The notes under the pieces were generated by a model, which did not search any database, was not told the origin of the DNA, and saw only the letters and a list, made by a program, of their open reading frames with translations. A stretch of 64,000 bases of DNA from Asterias rubens (taxonomy: Eukaryota), in contig NC_047083.1 of assembly GCF_902459465.1 (NCBI RefSeq), forward strand, positions 186,001 through 250,000. Direction: 5' to 3'. Of the stretch, positions 45,410 to 59,584 are shown one piece after another (the stretch's first letter is position 1; every line of letters begins with the position of its first letter). Position numbers and translations under genes: made by a program.

Positions 45410-48400
45410 TTACTGCATACTTATATCCATCATCTCAGCATAGAGGGCGGGTAGACTGGAACACAGATCAGGCCAACGTTGCACGCATCCCATAACATAG
45501 TCACGATGCATAGCTCCAATACGCCTCAAGACGTGAACCTTGTTCACCAGAGTGCTGATGAAGGGCGGGTTGCTAGGAGGGTGGTTCCCTTCCACCTGGA
45601 TACGAAGTGCTTCAAACAGCTGGTCTTGTAACTCTGCAACAAGGGTCGGGTTGGCCAGACCTGGTATATCTGTCAAAGACATTTCAAAAAGAAGAAATTA
45701 AAACTTGAAAGTCTTAGCGTTTGACCCTGCCGGCTTGGGAAATATGCTTAAGTTTTAAGGAGGGTAACAAGTTAAAAACTCTTACTGCAGAAAGAGCGTA
45801 GATTAAAAAATTCTTTATCATGTTTTAGAGAAAACTAAACTTAAAGTTAAAACCCAAAACAGAAACTAACCTCTTGCAGTCAAAAGAGAAGAAGCAAACA
45901 ACGAAACTTCAGTCTCTAAAAGAAACAACTGATTTAACTCATGAGCAAACGTAGACATCATCCCAAACAGATCTCTAGATAGTAACTGACAAAGTTGTTG
46001 CCATAGCACCGAGCCTCCCGATGGACTGGTTAGTGGAGTTGCCTGGGCACCCATACCATGCAAAGCTCCGTTCGTTGGACTCATAGCCATAACGAGTGGT
46101 GAGACTCGTATAACCCACAACTCAAAGAAACTAGCTTTGAGAAGTAGAAGCTGGTCATCTTGAGATAGATTACGGAATCCAGGAATAGCTTTGGCAAATT
46201 CTACTTGTCCGCTGACTGCCTGGTCGAGAAGCTCAGCGAGCTGGAGCCACGTCCGTCGGCCGATCAGATCCATCCCATCATTGTTGCTTGAAGAAAGCTG
46301 GCAGTTATCCTGAAAGATGAGATGAGAGGTAAGAAAGTAAGAAAGAGAAACAACTTCATACCCTAACAAATGTAAAGAGCATTGATAAGGTGTTTGTAAA
46401 ATACACTCTGTAAGAACTAGTAAAGTATAGATATTATTTAGTAAGAAAGTGAAATAATTTCATATCCTAACAAAAGTTACAGACAAAGAAATGAGCAAAT
46501 GCCAACAGATGTTAAAATTAAAACACAGATCTATATTATGAAAGAAAAGTGGCAGTTAATCTGAATGATTAGATGAAGAGGCAAAGTAAGTAAGAAAGTT
46601 CATACCAAATGCTTCCTAAGAAATGTAAAGGGTATTGATACGGTTACTCTAAAAATGATCTCTATAAGAAGAAGATATAGTCATTAAGTAAGAAAAATAA
46701 ATAAATAAAATTCCTAACAAATGACGTTACACACATAGTCAGAAATGAGCAAATGTCTAAAGCTATTACAGTTCAAAGACAGATCTGGGCTCTCCCCAGG
46801 ATTTGTCAAAACTGTGGGGCAGTCAAGACACAAATTGTTGACGTTTGGCCTTTAGCACGTATCGACCCACAATGGGAAGAACCCAATGTGTTGAAATGAA
46901 ATGAATTGAAAAGAACAAAACCCCAGATTCCATTTCAATAACCATGTAATATAAAACAGACAGTTACAAAATAAAGACATTATATATCTTACTAAATAGA
47001 ACATTGTTACAAGGAAATAAAGTCATTGTGTCAAAGCCAATTAGATCAGCTTGACAATATTTCCTGTTTGGATATATATCAATGAAGCCTAACATCATCA
47101 ATAAAAAAACAATCAGAACAAGGAAGGAACTGGTTCAGAACAATTCATATTTCATAAACAATCACAATTAAAAATCAATCAACAACAAATAAAAGTGGAT
47201 TGTCAATAACATTATCAGAAATATCCCAAAAATGTAATTTGTGGTTGAAAAATGAAACATTTGCTAGAGCAGGACTTGAACCTCTGGACTAACATGCACA
47301 TTGGTTAATAACTTTCTTCAAGGTGCCAGTCAGTCAGAAGCCATTCAACCTATAACGACTGTTTAACCCAAGTTTACGATACAACCTGGAAAGCAGCATA
47401 ATAAAAACTATGCCGTCAAATTCCAAGGAGATTTGGAAGGAAATAATTTGACAAATTTCAATAGCAAACAACACAACATGAAATGCAATGTGATAAAAAG
47501 ATATAAAGATAATATAAAATGAAAACATAAGAAAGGTAATAATGTTGAAATCAAAGCTGATAAAGAACATTATAGGAAAATATAAGAGAATAGTTCAAAT
47601 AAGAATGTGAATACAATCAAAGAAATGCAAATCTCAATTTAAAAATCGTACAAATAACACACAAAATTATCTCAGATCTTTAAAAACATAGCAATAATAC
47701 TTTTCATCGACAATAACAACAATGATGTGGGGTTGAAGAAGTAAAATTTACTAGAGTGGGATTTGAAAAGGATTAACATACTGGCGCTCCCCCAAGTAAG
47801 CTATCTAGCCAACTTAGGGCTAGCTCAGTTGGTAGAGTGTGAGTATGATAAGCCAGAGTTCATGTTCAAATCCCGCTCAAGTCGGGTTGTCTGTGTTCAA
47901 CCCTAAATTATTTAAAGTAAAGCCAGTCAGTTTCCCTTTTGGTTTATTTGATTCAATTCTAAAAGAAAATCTGACTTTGTTGCAAAGACATGCAACTTTC
48001 CGATTGCAAAATTAAGAGGAAAAGGTCAATCACACTTAACTTCTGCCTAATGTTTTAAAGTTTTTTATGGCACTGTTTTGAACAGAGAGGAAATCAGCTG
48101 ATCAGCTGTAAAGTTGCATGCCTGCTTCTTAGACCCCCCCCCACTCCTTCTCTTCTTTAAGAAACTGTTTTCTTACCTGAGTGAAAGTGAAATCTCTGAG
48201 GTAAGGTGTGTTGTTCTGTGTGTACATACATGTCATACGGAATGCGTAAGACACTGTACTAACTAAATCATACATCTCGGCTTGTTTGAGTCTTAACGAA
48301 TCTCCACTAGGCGGAATCGTTGATAGATCATAAGTCTGTCCGTTGATCGGTGGTTGAGGCAAATGTGGAATGTCGTCGCCGTCGCTGGCTCCGTACTCGG

Positions 48401-51400
48401 AGTCTGTACTCTTCTTCCGATTGGATGTGGCACCGGAACCTTTGACCTTTGTCCTCTGTGGGACTCGACCATATCGAACAGCTAGGGGAAATATGAAGAA
48501 AACAAATCTTTACGATTGTGCAACAAAAATTGGACTGGTATGACAAAGCAAATGAATTTTGCTTTAAAAAAATATTGAGTATCCATGAAGTTTGGATATC
48601 AGCCAATTATGGTCAATGTTTATTGGCAGAAGTAAGTAGAATTAAGATGGTCAGATAAGCTTCGTGTAATAAATGATGATCGTATTTGAAACACACAGGG
48701 TGTATGTGAAACACAAATGATACATATGAAACATAACTATGCTTACTATATGAATAATTGTTCCCTGCCCAGTTTCTTAAAGCTGCTTACTGCTAAGCAA
48801 AATTTGGTGCTTAAGTGCATTTCATAAATGGTCAAGCAGATTTGCCATCACTGACATCATTCATCTGCCTATAACAGAACCACTGGTAAGCCAGCAACCT
48901 CACGCGAGAGCAGTGATCTCGCGAGGGCAGTCTTTAATCGCTAAGAGCTAGCTACTGAGTGTATTACGCTATCACGACATTAATGGCTTGACCACAAGTC
49001 TAGTGGCAAGTAAGCATGTCTCTTGACTTTGTGTTAATGAAATAGAAACTGTGCTAAGGGTCACTCCATAAGCACAAAACATCTGCTGACAAGCTTTATG
49101 AAATTGGCCAGTTGATTACGGGACGGGACAAAAATAGTTCAACACCACAAAAAAATGAAGGACAAAAACAACCAAAAAAACAGGGAGAAAATAAAAGGGC
49201 TTACTCTTACAGTTACCTTCTCTTGACATTCCGACAGCCAGACATTTCTTGAAGCGGCAATGTTGACAGCGATTTCTATTCATTCTCCCAATTGTACAAT
49301 GCCCGTTGCCATGGCGACATGTGTATTCTTTGTCACGCTTGCTGCTCCTTCTAAAAAAGCCCTGAAATTAAGATAGAAATTATACAGTTAAGTAAAAAGG
49401 TTTGCTGTGACTACACGTAAGAAATATCTTTTGTGAGTAGTGGTGGCTCTGAATGAGAAGAGCTGATTTTTTTGCTTGACGTTTCAATCAGTGTGCTCCG
49501 ACCATGCTCCGACTGTCCTCTGAAATAAAGTTTTTCAAAATAACCCACAATTTACATTTGATATCTTAAACTAATCCTAAGACTTAAAAAGTACCATAAA
49601 GAGGGTTCTCCACAGGATTTTTCAGAGCTGTGGGGGCATTCTGGAACATAATTTGTGGGTGTTTGGCTGCAGCAGGCTAAATTCCAACATGGTCTTCAGA
49701 ATGTTTTCTTTAGAACGTTTTCTTCAGAATGTTTTTGTCTAATATTATTGGCGGCTACAGCTATGGCTGCTGCTAAGGTTGCTGCTAAAGACATTCTATA
49801 CTTCAACGCACAATGACACGTAAATATAGCCGCAGCCGAAGCTGTATAGCTGTCTTTTCGGACCTGCCCTTAGACTTACCTTACACCCTTCACAAGCTAA
49901 CACACCATAATGAAAACCTGATGATTTATCGCCACATACTAAACAGCATGAGTTTTGAGGTACTGGTGGTTGCATCGGCGAGGGGGATTGTTGTGTTGAC
50001 ATTGGTTTCTGTAGTACGTCACTACTTGTTGCCAGAGCAGTTATTGTACCATTCTGGTGCTCGCTACCTGTACAAGAAAACAACAAGAAAAGAAAGAAAA
50101 ACATCTTTAATATCTAGAAGTTTGATTATGAAGACATTAAAAACTAAAAATATGTGTTGTGGCCAGGTGGATAAGACCAGACTCAACCTCTGATGTTTCT
50201 GTTCAGCAGAGAGTGGGTTCGAGTCCTGGTCATGACACTTATTCCAAGACACTCATGCATCATTGCGACATCCTTCGGATGGGACATAAAACTGATGATC
50301 CAGTGTGTTGTGTAATGCCTTTAAAAGAACACAGTGCACTTATCAAAAAGAGAAGAGGGCAGTGTATGTGGTTTGATTGGCTTCATATTGGCCACAGCAC
50401 TGTGTTAACCGTTACATGATACTATGTGATTGTAAAGAAAAAGGTCTAACACTTTTTTTTTTATTTTTTTATATTTATATTTATCCTTGGTGTTAGAATT
50501 GTAGTGGTTTACAGACTTTTCACATCACACATTTCTGAATTGATGATTTACTTATTGTATCGGTCACCAGTCACCGATATTACACCAGTGACAGATTTGC
50601 TTCTGAAGAAAATGTCATTTGATTTCTAAAAATGTAACCCTGGCAACAGTCTCTAGTCTTCTTTCAAACCGTTCCCATGGTTATCCCAGCATTTATTAAC
50701 GCTAAATATACCATCATTAATCATGCATTTATGCGGACTAAATGAGCATGCTTCATTGCTTCGAATAAATGACTATAAGACCTTGAATATAATGAATAAT
50801 TAATCTGACTGGAATTAGCCAGTGTGATTAGACGATCAATTAATGAGAAAAGAACTCTTCATGACAATACAATCTTTCCGTAAAGCATCGAGCCTTCAAA
50901 CTTGATACTATTTTGAAAGCTTCTTAAATTATTTACAACATAAAGTACTGAATAATTCAGATTTCATTTTCATAACAAGAACAAAACTACCTCCATACGA
51001 AGCAACAATTGACATTTCCTTTTAAACTTTATTTTTTGTCTTAGATCACATTTTACAAAAATTGCACAGCAAAGCTGTGAAAATTTCACTTTTTTGCATA
51101 ATCTATCAACTTAAACTAGTTCATGTTTTAAGTTAACTCTGAATGGTTGAAACTTCTGTCTTGGCCCTTTCATGAATATTCATCAAAAATAAAATGAATG
51201 GCTGAACCTTGTCCCTTAAATCACAAATTATAAAATAAACAAAAAACAAAAAACAAAAACGGTCTCACTGCAGGTCTGAAATAAAACAAAGGCCATGGAG
51301 GCATTCCTTGCCCTACTCTTTGCCTTGGTGCCCTTAAAAACATCCAATTCGGAAATTGAAAATGACCTTGCCCTCCCAAAAAAACCTTGGCAAATAAAAA

Positions 51401-53493
51401 CGCGAGGTACAGTCGGGAACAAACCTGGTTTGAATAGACTACAGACAGTGATACATCAATCATTATACATCCTATCATTTATACACGTCTTTAATTCTAT
51501 ATCTATTCACCCTGTCTGACCTAGTTTCACCACAGTTTGTGCAATAAACGATGACTTGTATAAAATATATCCCAAGGGTACCGGTCAACTCCACAGGGTA
51601 CCAGGCACATTAGACGACTATTTCAACGGCCCACGCTTAGCAATTAAAACTGCACTAAGGTTATCCAGTGATTTCCAGACTGACTTTCCTTCTGTCACAT
51701 CAAGTTTCCTGACATCAATTCAAACAAGAAACAGAGTTGGGATGACGGTCCCTCATTCTCATACCCAATCAACCTCTATCCCAAATAATAATCAGTGGCT
51801 TGACATTTCGATCCCAGCAGAGTCTTTCTCGAAGGTTAAATGACATCACAGCAATTAGAACCAGTTGTTAAGACAAATCCCCATCCTCATTCCCAATCAA
51901 CCTCTATCCCAAAGAATCATCACTTCAGACACAAATCCCTTCTGAGGTAACCTTACTGTGTGCATTTTTCCAGAAGACATGTTACAAGATCAAAGAAGAA
52001 TCTAAGGGACCAGTTAAGGTCAAGTCACACTACACAATAATATAACGATGCAAAGAGAACGCATTTTATTGGTTGAATTGCTCCACGCAGAATACACTCA
52101 CGTTCAATCAACCAATCGAGGGCATGCATAATTGTTTGCATTCTCGTTTTCGTTATCATTATCGAGGCCTGTGTAACCGGGTCTTTACTCTATAAATCTA
52201 TCCTTCTGCTGATCACACATCCTGTGCACAAAGTCAAGACGAGATCACACACCACTGAATATGAAATTGCAATACGCATCAAGGTAAATATTTAGGATCC
52301 ATCAAGGGATACACTACTCCACATATTGCAAAAATCTGGACTTCACAAGAAAAAAAAAAATAATGAAAACAAAGAAATTTCCACAGTTACATCATAGTGA
52401 CATCGCGGCTTTGCACTTAAGCAGTTTAAATCCCACTAGTCTAAGGTATTTCATGGCTTCTACGCAATTAAATAATTATTCCTGTTATGCTAATGCTAGG
52501 AAAGATTTGCTTTTTAAATGAAAATGCAGCGATCCGCAACAAGTCAACTAGAAAAGAGTACCAGTGCGTGCCATGTACATAGCCATGTTAAGCTCTAGCT
52601 CCCACTCACTATTGCTACCCCCCGTCCCATTCAACCCATCTTGCTACCCCCAGTCACCCATCCTAAGAAATAATCAACAGGCATTTTGTCAATAAAAAAG
52701 TTATACAAAGTTATAAAGAAAGAATAAAGAAATGAAAATGCAGTGAACTGCAAAGTTTTTCAACAGAAAAAAAGAGTACCAGTCTGTGACATATGGTAGC
52801 CATGTCACGGACTAGCTACCCAATACTGATTCTACCCTAATACATTCACTAACCTCCTACAAAATATTATAAAGTAAAGAAAATTATATGTATAAACAAT
52901 AAAATAAACATCATAAACAAGTAAATAAATAAAATAAAATAGACTTCAATAAAACATATAGGCTACTATACAAAATATATAAAGAATGAACACACAAATA
53001 TTTAACTGAATAAATCAATAAAACAATTTTTATATAAATGTTCTTTTTTTAAACAACACTATGGGTAATGTTGTTTTATATAGAATAAAATAATTATCAA
53101 AAATATATCACCACAAATTTTATGTAAATTTCATAAATTCAATTTGACTGTGCAACATCAAAATCAGCACTACAATCACAGATGATACAACAAAGTAACT
53201 TTAGACATCAAACTAGAGCGAAGACTGCTTTATTATAACGATAAAATCAAGGTTTTAGGCAGGATTTTGTGAAAAGGTGTACACATTTGCTGGAAACTTA
53301 AAAAACTGGGTGTCCGAATACAGTTACTGGTACATATGTAAATGACAGATAAAACATGGTGTCCAAAAGACAACCAGACACCCCTATGGCTAACACTACA
53401 CAATGATTAGCAAAAACAAGTTGAAGATAAAAACACTTCATGAAATGATAATAAAAACTTACCACAACTCTGTGAACTACACGTAAGAACCAT
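45410..53493 (-). CDS. Nuclear receptor subfamily 1, E78/Rev-erb/ROR-like, about 455 aa
   Basis: Exons 50067-49880, 49361-49217, 48481-48177, 46309-45871 and 45669-45410 have consistent phases. Best first coding exon is 53493-53463 ([17 protein letters not shown] Kozak, G|GTAAGT phase 1; less certain). [31 protein letters not shown]...[25 protein letters not shown]; LBD signature [29 protein letters not shown]; helix 12 [16 protein letters not shown] and the [19 protein letters not shown] hinge helix resemble E78 (NR1E). Confidence 0.92.
50157..50420 (+). mobile_element. tRNA-derived SINE with conserved central domain (Meta/Nin-like from memory)
   Basis: B box GGTTCGAGTCC; body CCTTCGGATGGGACATAAAAC...TAAAAGAACACAGTGCACTTATCAAAAAGAG; shares its head with 2841-2965. 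Confidence 0.7.
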
Positions 53494-54404
53494 GATACAA
53501 CGGAATTTAACAGCTCAATTTATGGTCAACGCCTTCTTTACAAACCCACCAGACAAAAATGCCGGGCGACAATAGCAGACCAAAAGTGAGAGAGCTACAA
53601 GAACGAAGACACACCCACATCTACGACACACCATTCAAACCACATACTGGGTGTACATGTTCAGTCCCTGCCAAGTGCAAACAAAAACATGCAAATTGCA
53701 GCTCGACCTACTTCCAGTAGATCTTTTGAGTTCTAACAGAATCTGGTCCTAACTGTTGGTCACTGAACTGCTTTGACAAATATGCCTCAACAATGAAGTT
53801 GTAGAATCGAACGAAGGGCATCGTAGGGTCAAGGCTCATTGGGTATGATTAGAAAAAGGGATTACCTTGGAAAAGTGTGAAAAGTTAAACCAAGGGATCA
53901 AGGTAACTAGGGATGTCTGAGTCATGAAGTGTTTCTGACAAAGGGGAAGGATTAAAGGATTAATTACGCCTGGAGTATTGGGAATAAGTCACTGTGAGTA
54001 ATACAACCAATCAACGCAGCCCAATCTTATTTTTGAACAATTAAATGAAGGACTGTTAAAATCCAATTCTTTTAATGCACACAATGTAAACATCTCTCCA
54101 AGTGAAGTGGACTCTTAAAATAACTCTTTTCAATGATTCAATCTTTTGAATGACATTTTTTTGAACAATACAAGTAGGACTTTCAGTAAACAATTCTTTC
54201 AAGTTTGCTTGAAAAATAAAAATCTTTTACACTAAAGGTGTTGTTTTGTTTACATTATCTCTGCTTCCCTGCACCTTAAACATCTCTTATGATTAATTTG
54301 ATAAATTACAAATGCCTATTATTTATTTTTATTTATCAAAATAGCCAGTTTGTTATTCTCAATGTTTTGTTTAACTAACAAAATTTAATGATAAACGAAA
54401 CGTA

Positions 54405-54410
54405 ATAAAA

Positions 54411-54445
<35 letters not shown>

Positions 54446-54452
54446 ATACAAA
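54405..54452. repeat. (TAAA)n microsatellite
   Basis: Direct reading. Confidence 0.9.
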
Positions 54453-57400
54453 TAAATCAATCAATAATAAACAAATAACTCAATAACTATAATCGAATAA
54501 GTAAATAAAATATATAATCAGGCTATAGTTCTGAATCTTATATTTTGCTACAAGAAGTTTGTCAGACTTCTCTTTCTTTTCAACCTGCTCCAATCGTCTC
54601 CAAGATTACCACAAGGAATTATACCAATCATGTCTCTGGCTGGTCAGACAAATCCCTCTGTCTTGGATTTAGACTAAGAGACCAATGAAGCCATCAAAAT
54701 AAGGGTCAAGTACTTTCACAACCTTACTTATATCCAGGATTTCCCTCAAATTTAAAGTCTTAGAAAACTCCATCTTCTAAATTGATGTTTCCCAGCATGA
54801 TGTCTTTGTTTATTAGGATTTCTGGCTGCCCAAGAAGCTACAAACAGAGACAATTTGGAGTCTCAGAAGGGTTGTCCGCAGAGCAGAGACTTTAAGTCTG
54901 TCCAATCTAGGAGTAGATACTAGATTCAGGCGCTGTTTACTGCAATCTTTTAAGACATTCTTCCATAAAATGATAATAATAGTAATGTTACACAATTTGT
55001 AGCTGTTTGTTATGAACATCGGAATTGTTATTATTACTATTATTTTTCGGGATTAAAAACACATACAAAAACACATTCACAGAGAGTTGGAAATAAAGAA
55101 TAAAAAAAGGTAGAGGCATATGCCGAAATTAAGAAAAGTATCAAAAAACAAAACGTGTACAAGGAGGCCTTCAGTACCAATAGGAATCTTATGAATGAGT
55201 GTCTTCTTAAGAATCTTATGAATGAGTGTCTTCTTAAGAATCAAAGTATTCTTGTGACAATTTCTCTTCATTTATGTTCACAATACATGATGATTTGAAA
55301 TTTACTCCAATACTTAAAGGGGCACCATGGCCTCCGTGGCCTCCGTGGCCTCCGTGGCCCGCGTGTACATGTTATTCCAGGTCCGCTATTGGTTACGACC
55401 AAAAACGCACCCCTGGCCTTAACTAAAACATGAAACTTTGAAAGGTGTTTGTATGCTTCGTTTCTGAAAGGGCAAGGGCACCAATGCATTTTCTCCTTGG
55501 TAAAAGGCACGCCTACTGGAGCATTTTAAGGTCACTGAGACAATGAGCAGGGGGCATGGAGGCAATCGTTAAGAATCTTGCCTGGCTCCTTTTAGGGAGA
55601 AGATGGTTCTGAGAAGAACGAAGATGAGATGATCTGGACCATCAAGACTCAGTTTGATCACAATTCTTCTCAGAATCAACGTTTTCTTCAAAAGAGATTT
55701 CCTTCACATGGTTGATCCTCGTGAAGCTTTTAGCTACTCCTCTTCCTTCAAAGACATCTTCTAAGCAAGACATCTTTAGGTGAGAACAAATTACTCTTCT
55801 AGACTTTCTCAATGCAAATTTCCATCAAGTACTATCGGAGATTGCATCAAGAAACATGTTGTCCTTCTCCGAAGCTTTTACCAGTAATTTGTTTCAAATT
55901 GTGAAATCCATCCACATGTAAAATTGTCCAGTGCATCGTGACTACATCATTCACTAGTAACCTAATGGAAAGTCTCCTAGCTTCAAGTAAGTTTGACTGG
56001 TACTCTACCTTCGTTTGTTTACCAAGTGTTTTTTATCTTCGTAGAGTAGTTTATTTAAAAGCCTTTCGATGATGTTGGCCCGAGAAACTAAGTACATCAT
56101 TGAAGGAACATTTTGAGTAAGAAAATAACATATGCCACGATTAAAAGAAAAATAAACAAATACAAATAAAAACAAAGATTCTCAACAAACCAAACAACCC
56201 CAACTTCTATGAAGTGAAATAGTCAACATTTCTTTAAAAAATGTATTGCATAATTTATAAATAATTTTGTTTACGACTCTGTTGCTTTTCAATCATAAAT
56301 TTTGACATGATATTTGATTCTTTGCAAGGTGGAAGTATCTAAGAGAGGTTTGCGGTTACACCATGTGAGTATCTCTTTTGAGTAGTGTTGGTGTTGAAAA
56401 ACACTAAGCCTAAAAAAATCCCACTCCTACAGTTTTTTTTGTGTACAAAACTGTTTTAATTGTAGGTGATCCCTCCACTGCACTTAGCGACCCAACCTCA
56501 ACATCATGTTTGCAAACATCGATGATAGTTTGGTCTTAGTAAACATCAAGTTGAAAATTAATGATGAATACATGATAACTGGCTGTTATACAGAATGACG
56601 ATGGTACGATAAGACCATGCGACCAATAACGACCACGTTGGCAAAATACAATGGAGTAGCACCAGGCCTTGAACTTTGCTCTTAAAGGACGGAGCAATTT
56701 TACATTGGTAAGGGGCACTTCGATGAGGAAAATATAAATGTGTATTTGAACATTCCAAAGGGCACTACAACAAAAGCACAGGCCACCGCGGCAATTGCTG
56801 TGGATGCTGTGGGTTATTGCAAGGCCTGATGAGCACAATATACTAAAGGAAATGTATACCTTTGGTTTTTACAACAGTTTAATTTTTGTAATCCTATTTA
56901 ATAAATTGTTGAATATATACTAAAACTAACATGTTTGAAAATTTCATTTCAAAAGATGGTAGCGTTTTTGAGATGTTGTCGAAAATCTCAAGTGGTTATA
57001 AATGTCCAGGACATACGTATAATCTGCAATGGGAATACACAAACTGAGAAACATTTTGTGCAAGAAATGTTCTCAGATTAAATTTTTGTAAATCCCTTTC
57101 TCTAAAACCACATCCCTTAAAAGGGATTGTTTCTCAAAATGTTATAAAAACATCAACAGCTGCAGTGCTTCTTACAAAGTTAGTTTTATGGTCATTAATT
57201 TTTGGAGTAAGTAAGAAAGATATACCCTTTAAATCAAATGAGTCTCACCGTTGTACCACAATAATGTATTTGTTTGTTGAAAATCAGTCATCCAAATGAA
57301 CAAAACAGCCAAACAATGTTGTAATGCCACTGCTTTGAAAAGAAATGCACTCAAATTCCAGGACATTGCTTTTTCATTTCAGTTGTGATGAAACATTCTT

Positions 57401-59584
57401 AAACTATTTGGTGCTTTCAATTCATGTTTTAAAAAATTCAACTAATGAGGCATTATTATTAAGACATTACCCTACAACAGGTTGTTATATTTTGTTGAAC
57501 CAGGGAAGGACACCAATGATGAACTGCTATTTAAAACTGTCTGATATTAACTAGAAAATGTCTCCAGGTAGTTTCTTCGTGGAGAACAGTAATTTAATTT
57601 CCCTCCTTAACTGTTACTTTGACATTTTCTTATTAATTAGATATCCACAAAGGAAGGTTCCCTTTTATATCATGTTCACACTGTCACACCCATAGAAAGT
57701 AAACAATAGGAGCTAAATCTATTGTCTAACTGTGTTCTACAATATTACACAGTTTCAATGAAGGAGGAAACTACCACAAACTGCCAAAAAGAAAAGAATT
57801 AATCAACTTGCAAATTAATCAATAACTATAATGAGGTGATAGTGAGGCACAAAGAAATTTCCTTTGACAAAAACTTAGTGTTATACTCGTGTTTTTGTTT
57901 ACGCCTTGAATATCACTTGATCAACATTGAACCTACACGACCTATTTACCGCAAACTACGCCTAACTAACTTTTCCTGAAAATTTACCGCTTCATTTTTC
58001 ATCTTGAGTAATGAGGCTTGCGTCTCCACACACCACTTAACAATGCTGCGAGAGGACAACAGAATCTATATGCCAATTACCATGGCAACCACCTGTGTAT
58101 AATGAAAGAAACGGTTGTGCCATTTTTGCTTAATTGAACAAGAGCAACAGTCCAGTGTGGTTGCTTGTTATAATTGTCTAACGTACCATGTACAAACCCA
58201 CTAGGGATGATGCTTATTCGTATCTGATGCATTATGGGAAATTTCCCCATGGTCATCATCGCAAAATTACTTTTTATAAACCTACATCAGAAGCCAAGGC
58301 GCTTTACAACCACAAGAACTAAGTCTTTTAATATTCAGGTATAACAGTGTCACAGTTATTCCAAATAAAATGCCTGAAACTATCAAGCATGATGTTAGAA
58401 TCATGGAAAATAAGTGGAAGCATCAGTGATTGAAAAGAAGGGCTAAACCTACCACAACATAGGCTTTGATAGATATATCTGGCTGTTTAATCACAATATT
58501 TCAGAATTTTCCAAGGGCAACAAAATTAGAAATCCGACTTTAGTTGGAAGAATATCCAGCCTGTATAATCTAAATTTTAGGAGGATGAAAGGGCGGCTTG
58601 AATTAACCCCGTGAATTCAACCCTTTAAGGACCTTCGGGGAGAGGTATCCTCAGCACAATAACAAGAGAAGTAGATCAACAAACAAGAACGTAAATATAT
58701 TAGAAGATAAAAACAGCTCTTCATTCACCAAAGCAGCTCCAAGAAAAATTCAAATCAGATTAAAGTCTGGAAGTTATCAAGCCTGAATATTTAAGGAAGA
58801 AACTGAAGACAGAAGGCTTGATGTATGCCGTTGCCAGTAAATTAATTTTAGTTCTGATATTTCGGTAACCAAATCAAGAATTTGAGAGTTTTTAAAAACT
58901 AGAACAAGAAGTATCGACAGCATAAGCTGAACCACAAGATAGCATAACTCTATTACTAAGTGTACAATAAGACCCCTAGCAACCACAACAATACAGAGCA
59001 AGGAACTCTAATTGAGCCATTCAACCTGTCAACGATTGATGCGTAGCCATGGTAACCATTTGCATGATTCAATCTCCGTCTTCACCTCATATTGATTTGT
59101 TTTCTGGCTAAGAAATTGAATATGTTGTTTTCATCTTCTGTTCTTAAGCTGAAGAGAGTCTCAGAAAACGAAGTTAATTTGATTACCGAGAGAAATCAAT
59201 GACAGGAAAGTGTGACAAAAATAATGCGGTTATAAGATCGTGGTTATAAGGAACGTTGTTATAAGAAGCGTTAATATGGGAACGTGGTTATAGGAATGTT
59301 AGTGATGGAGGACACTCACATCAGGGATGAAGGGTGCTAAATGATTGAGAAGGGGGTGAGAAGATTTTGACGATGAAGAATGAGTAGAGGTGAGGAATGG
59401 GTGATGGTCAGCAGTGCTAGTTGGTCAAGGAGAGGGTAGTGGTCAGTGGGGAATTGGTCCTTGGTTGAGGAAGAGTGGCTGGTCAGTGGCTGAATTTATT
59501 TATGTATTTACAGTATCTATTTATTTATGTATTTCGATAACACATTTGACAGCGTTAGCACCAATAACAGGATGATGATGGAAT

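Noticed and set aside
53708-53839. 43-aa ORF MSLDPTMPF... as the receptor N-terminus
   Set aside because: Its only donor (AA|GTAGGT) is phase 2, while the DBD exon needs phase 1.
59026-59065. MQMVTMATHQSLT as first coding exon of the receptor
   Set aside because: The phase fits but the donor CAG|GTTGAA is poor. Exon 53493-53463 has a consensus donor and Kozak context. This segment may still be 5' UTR.
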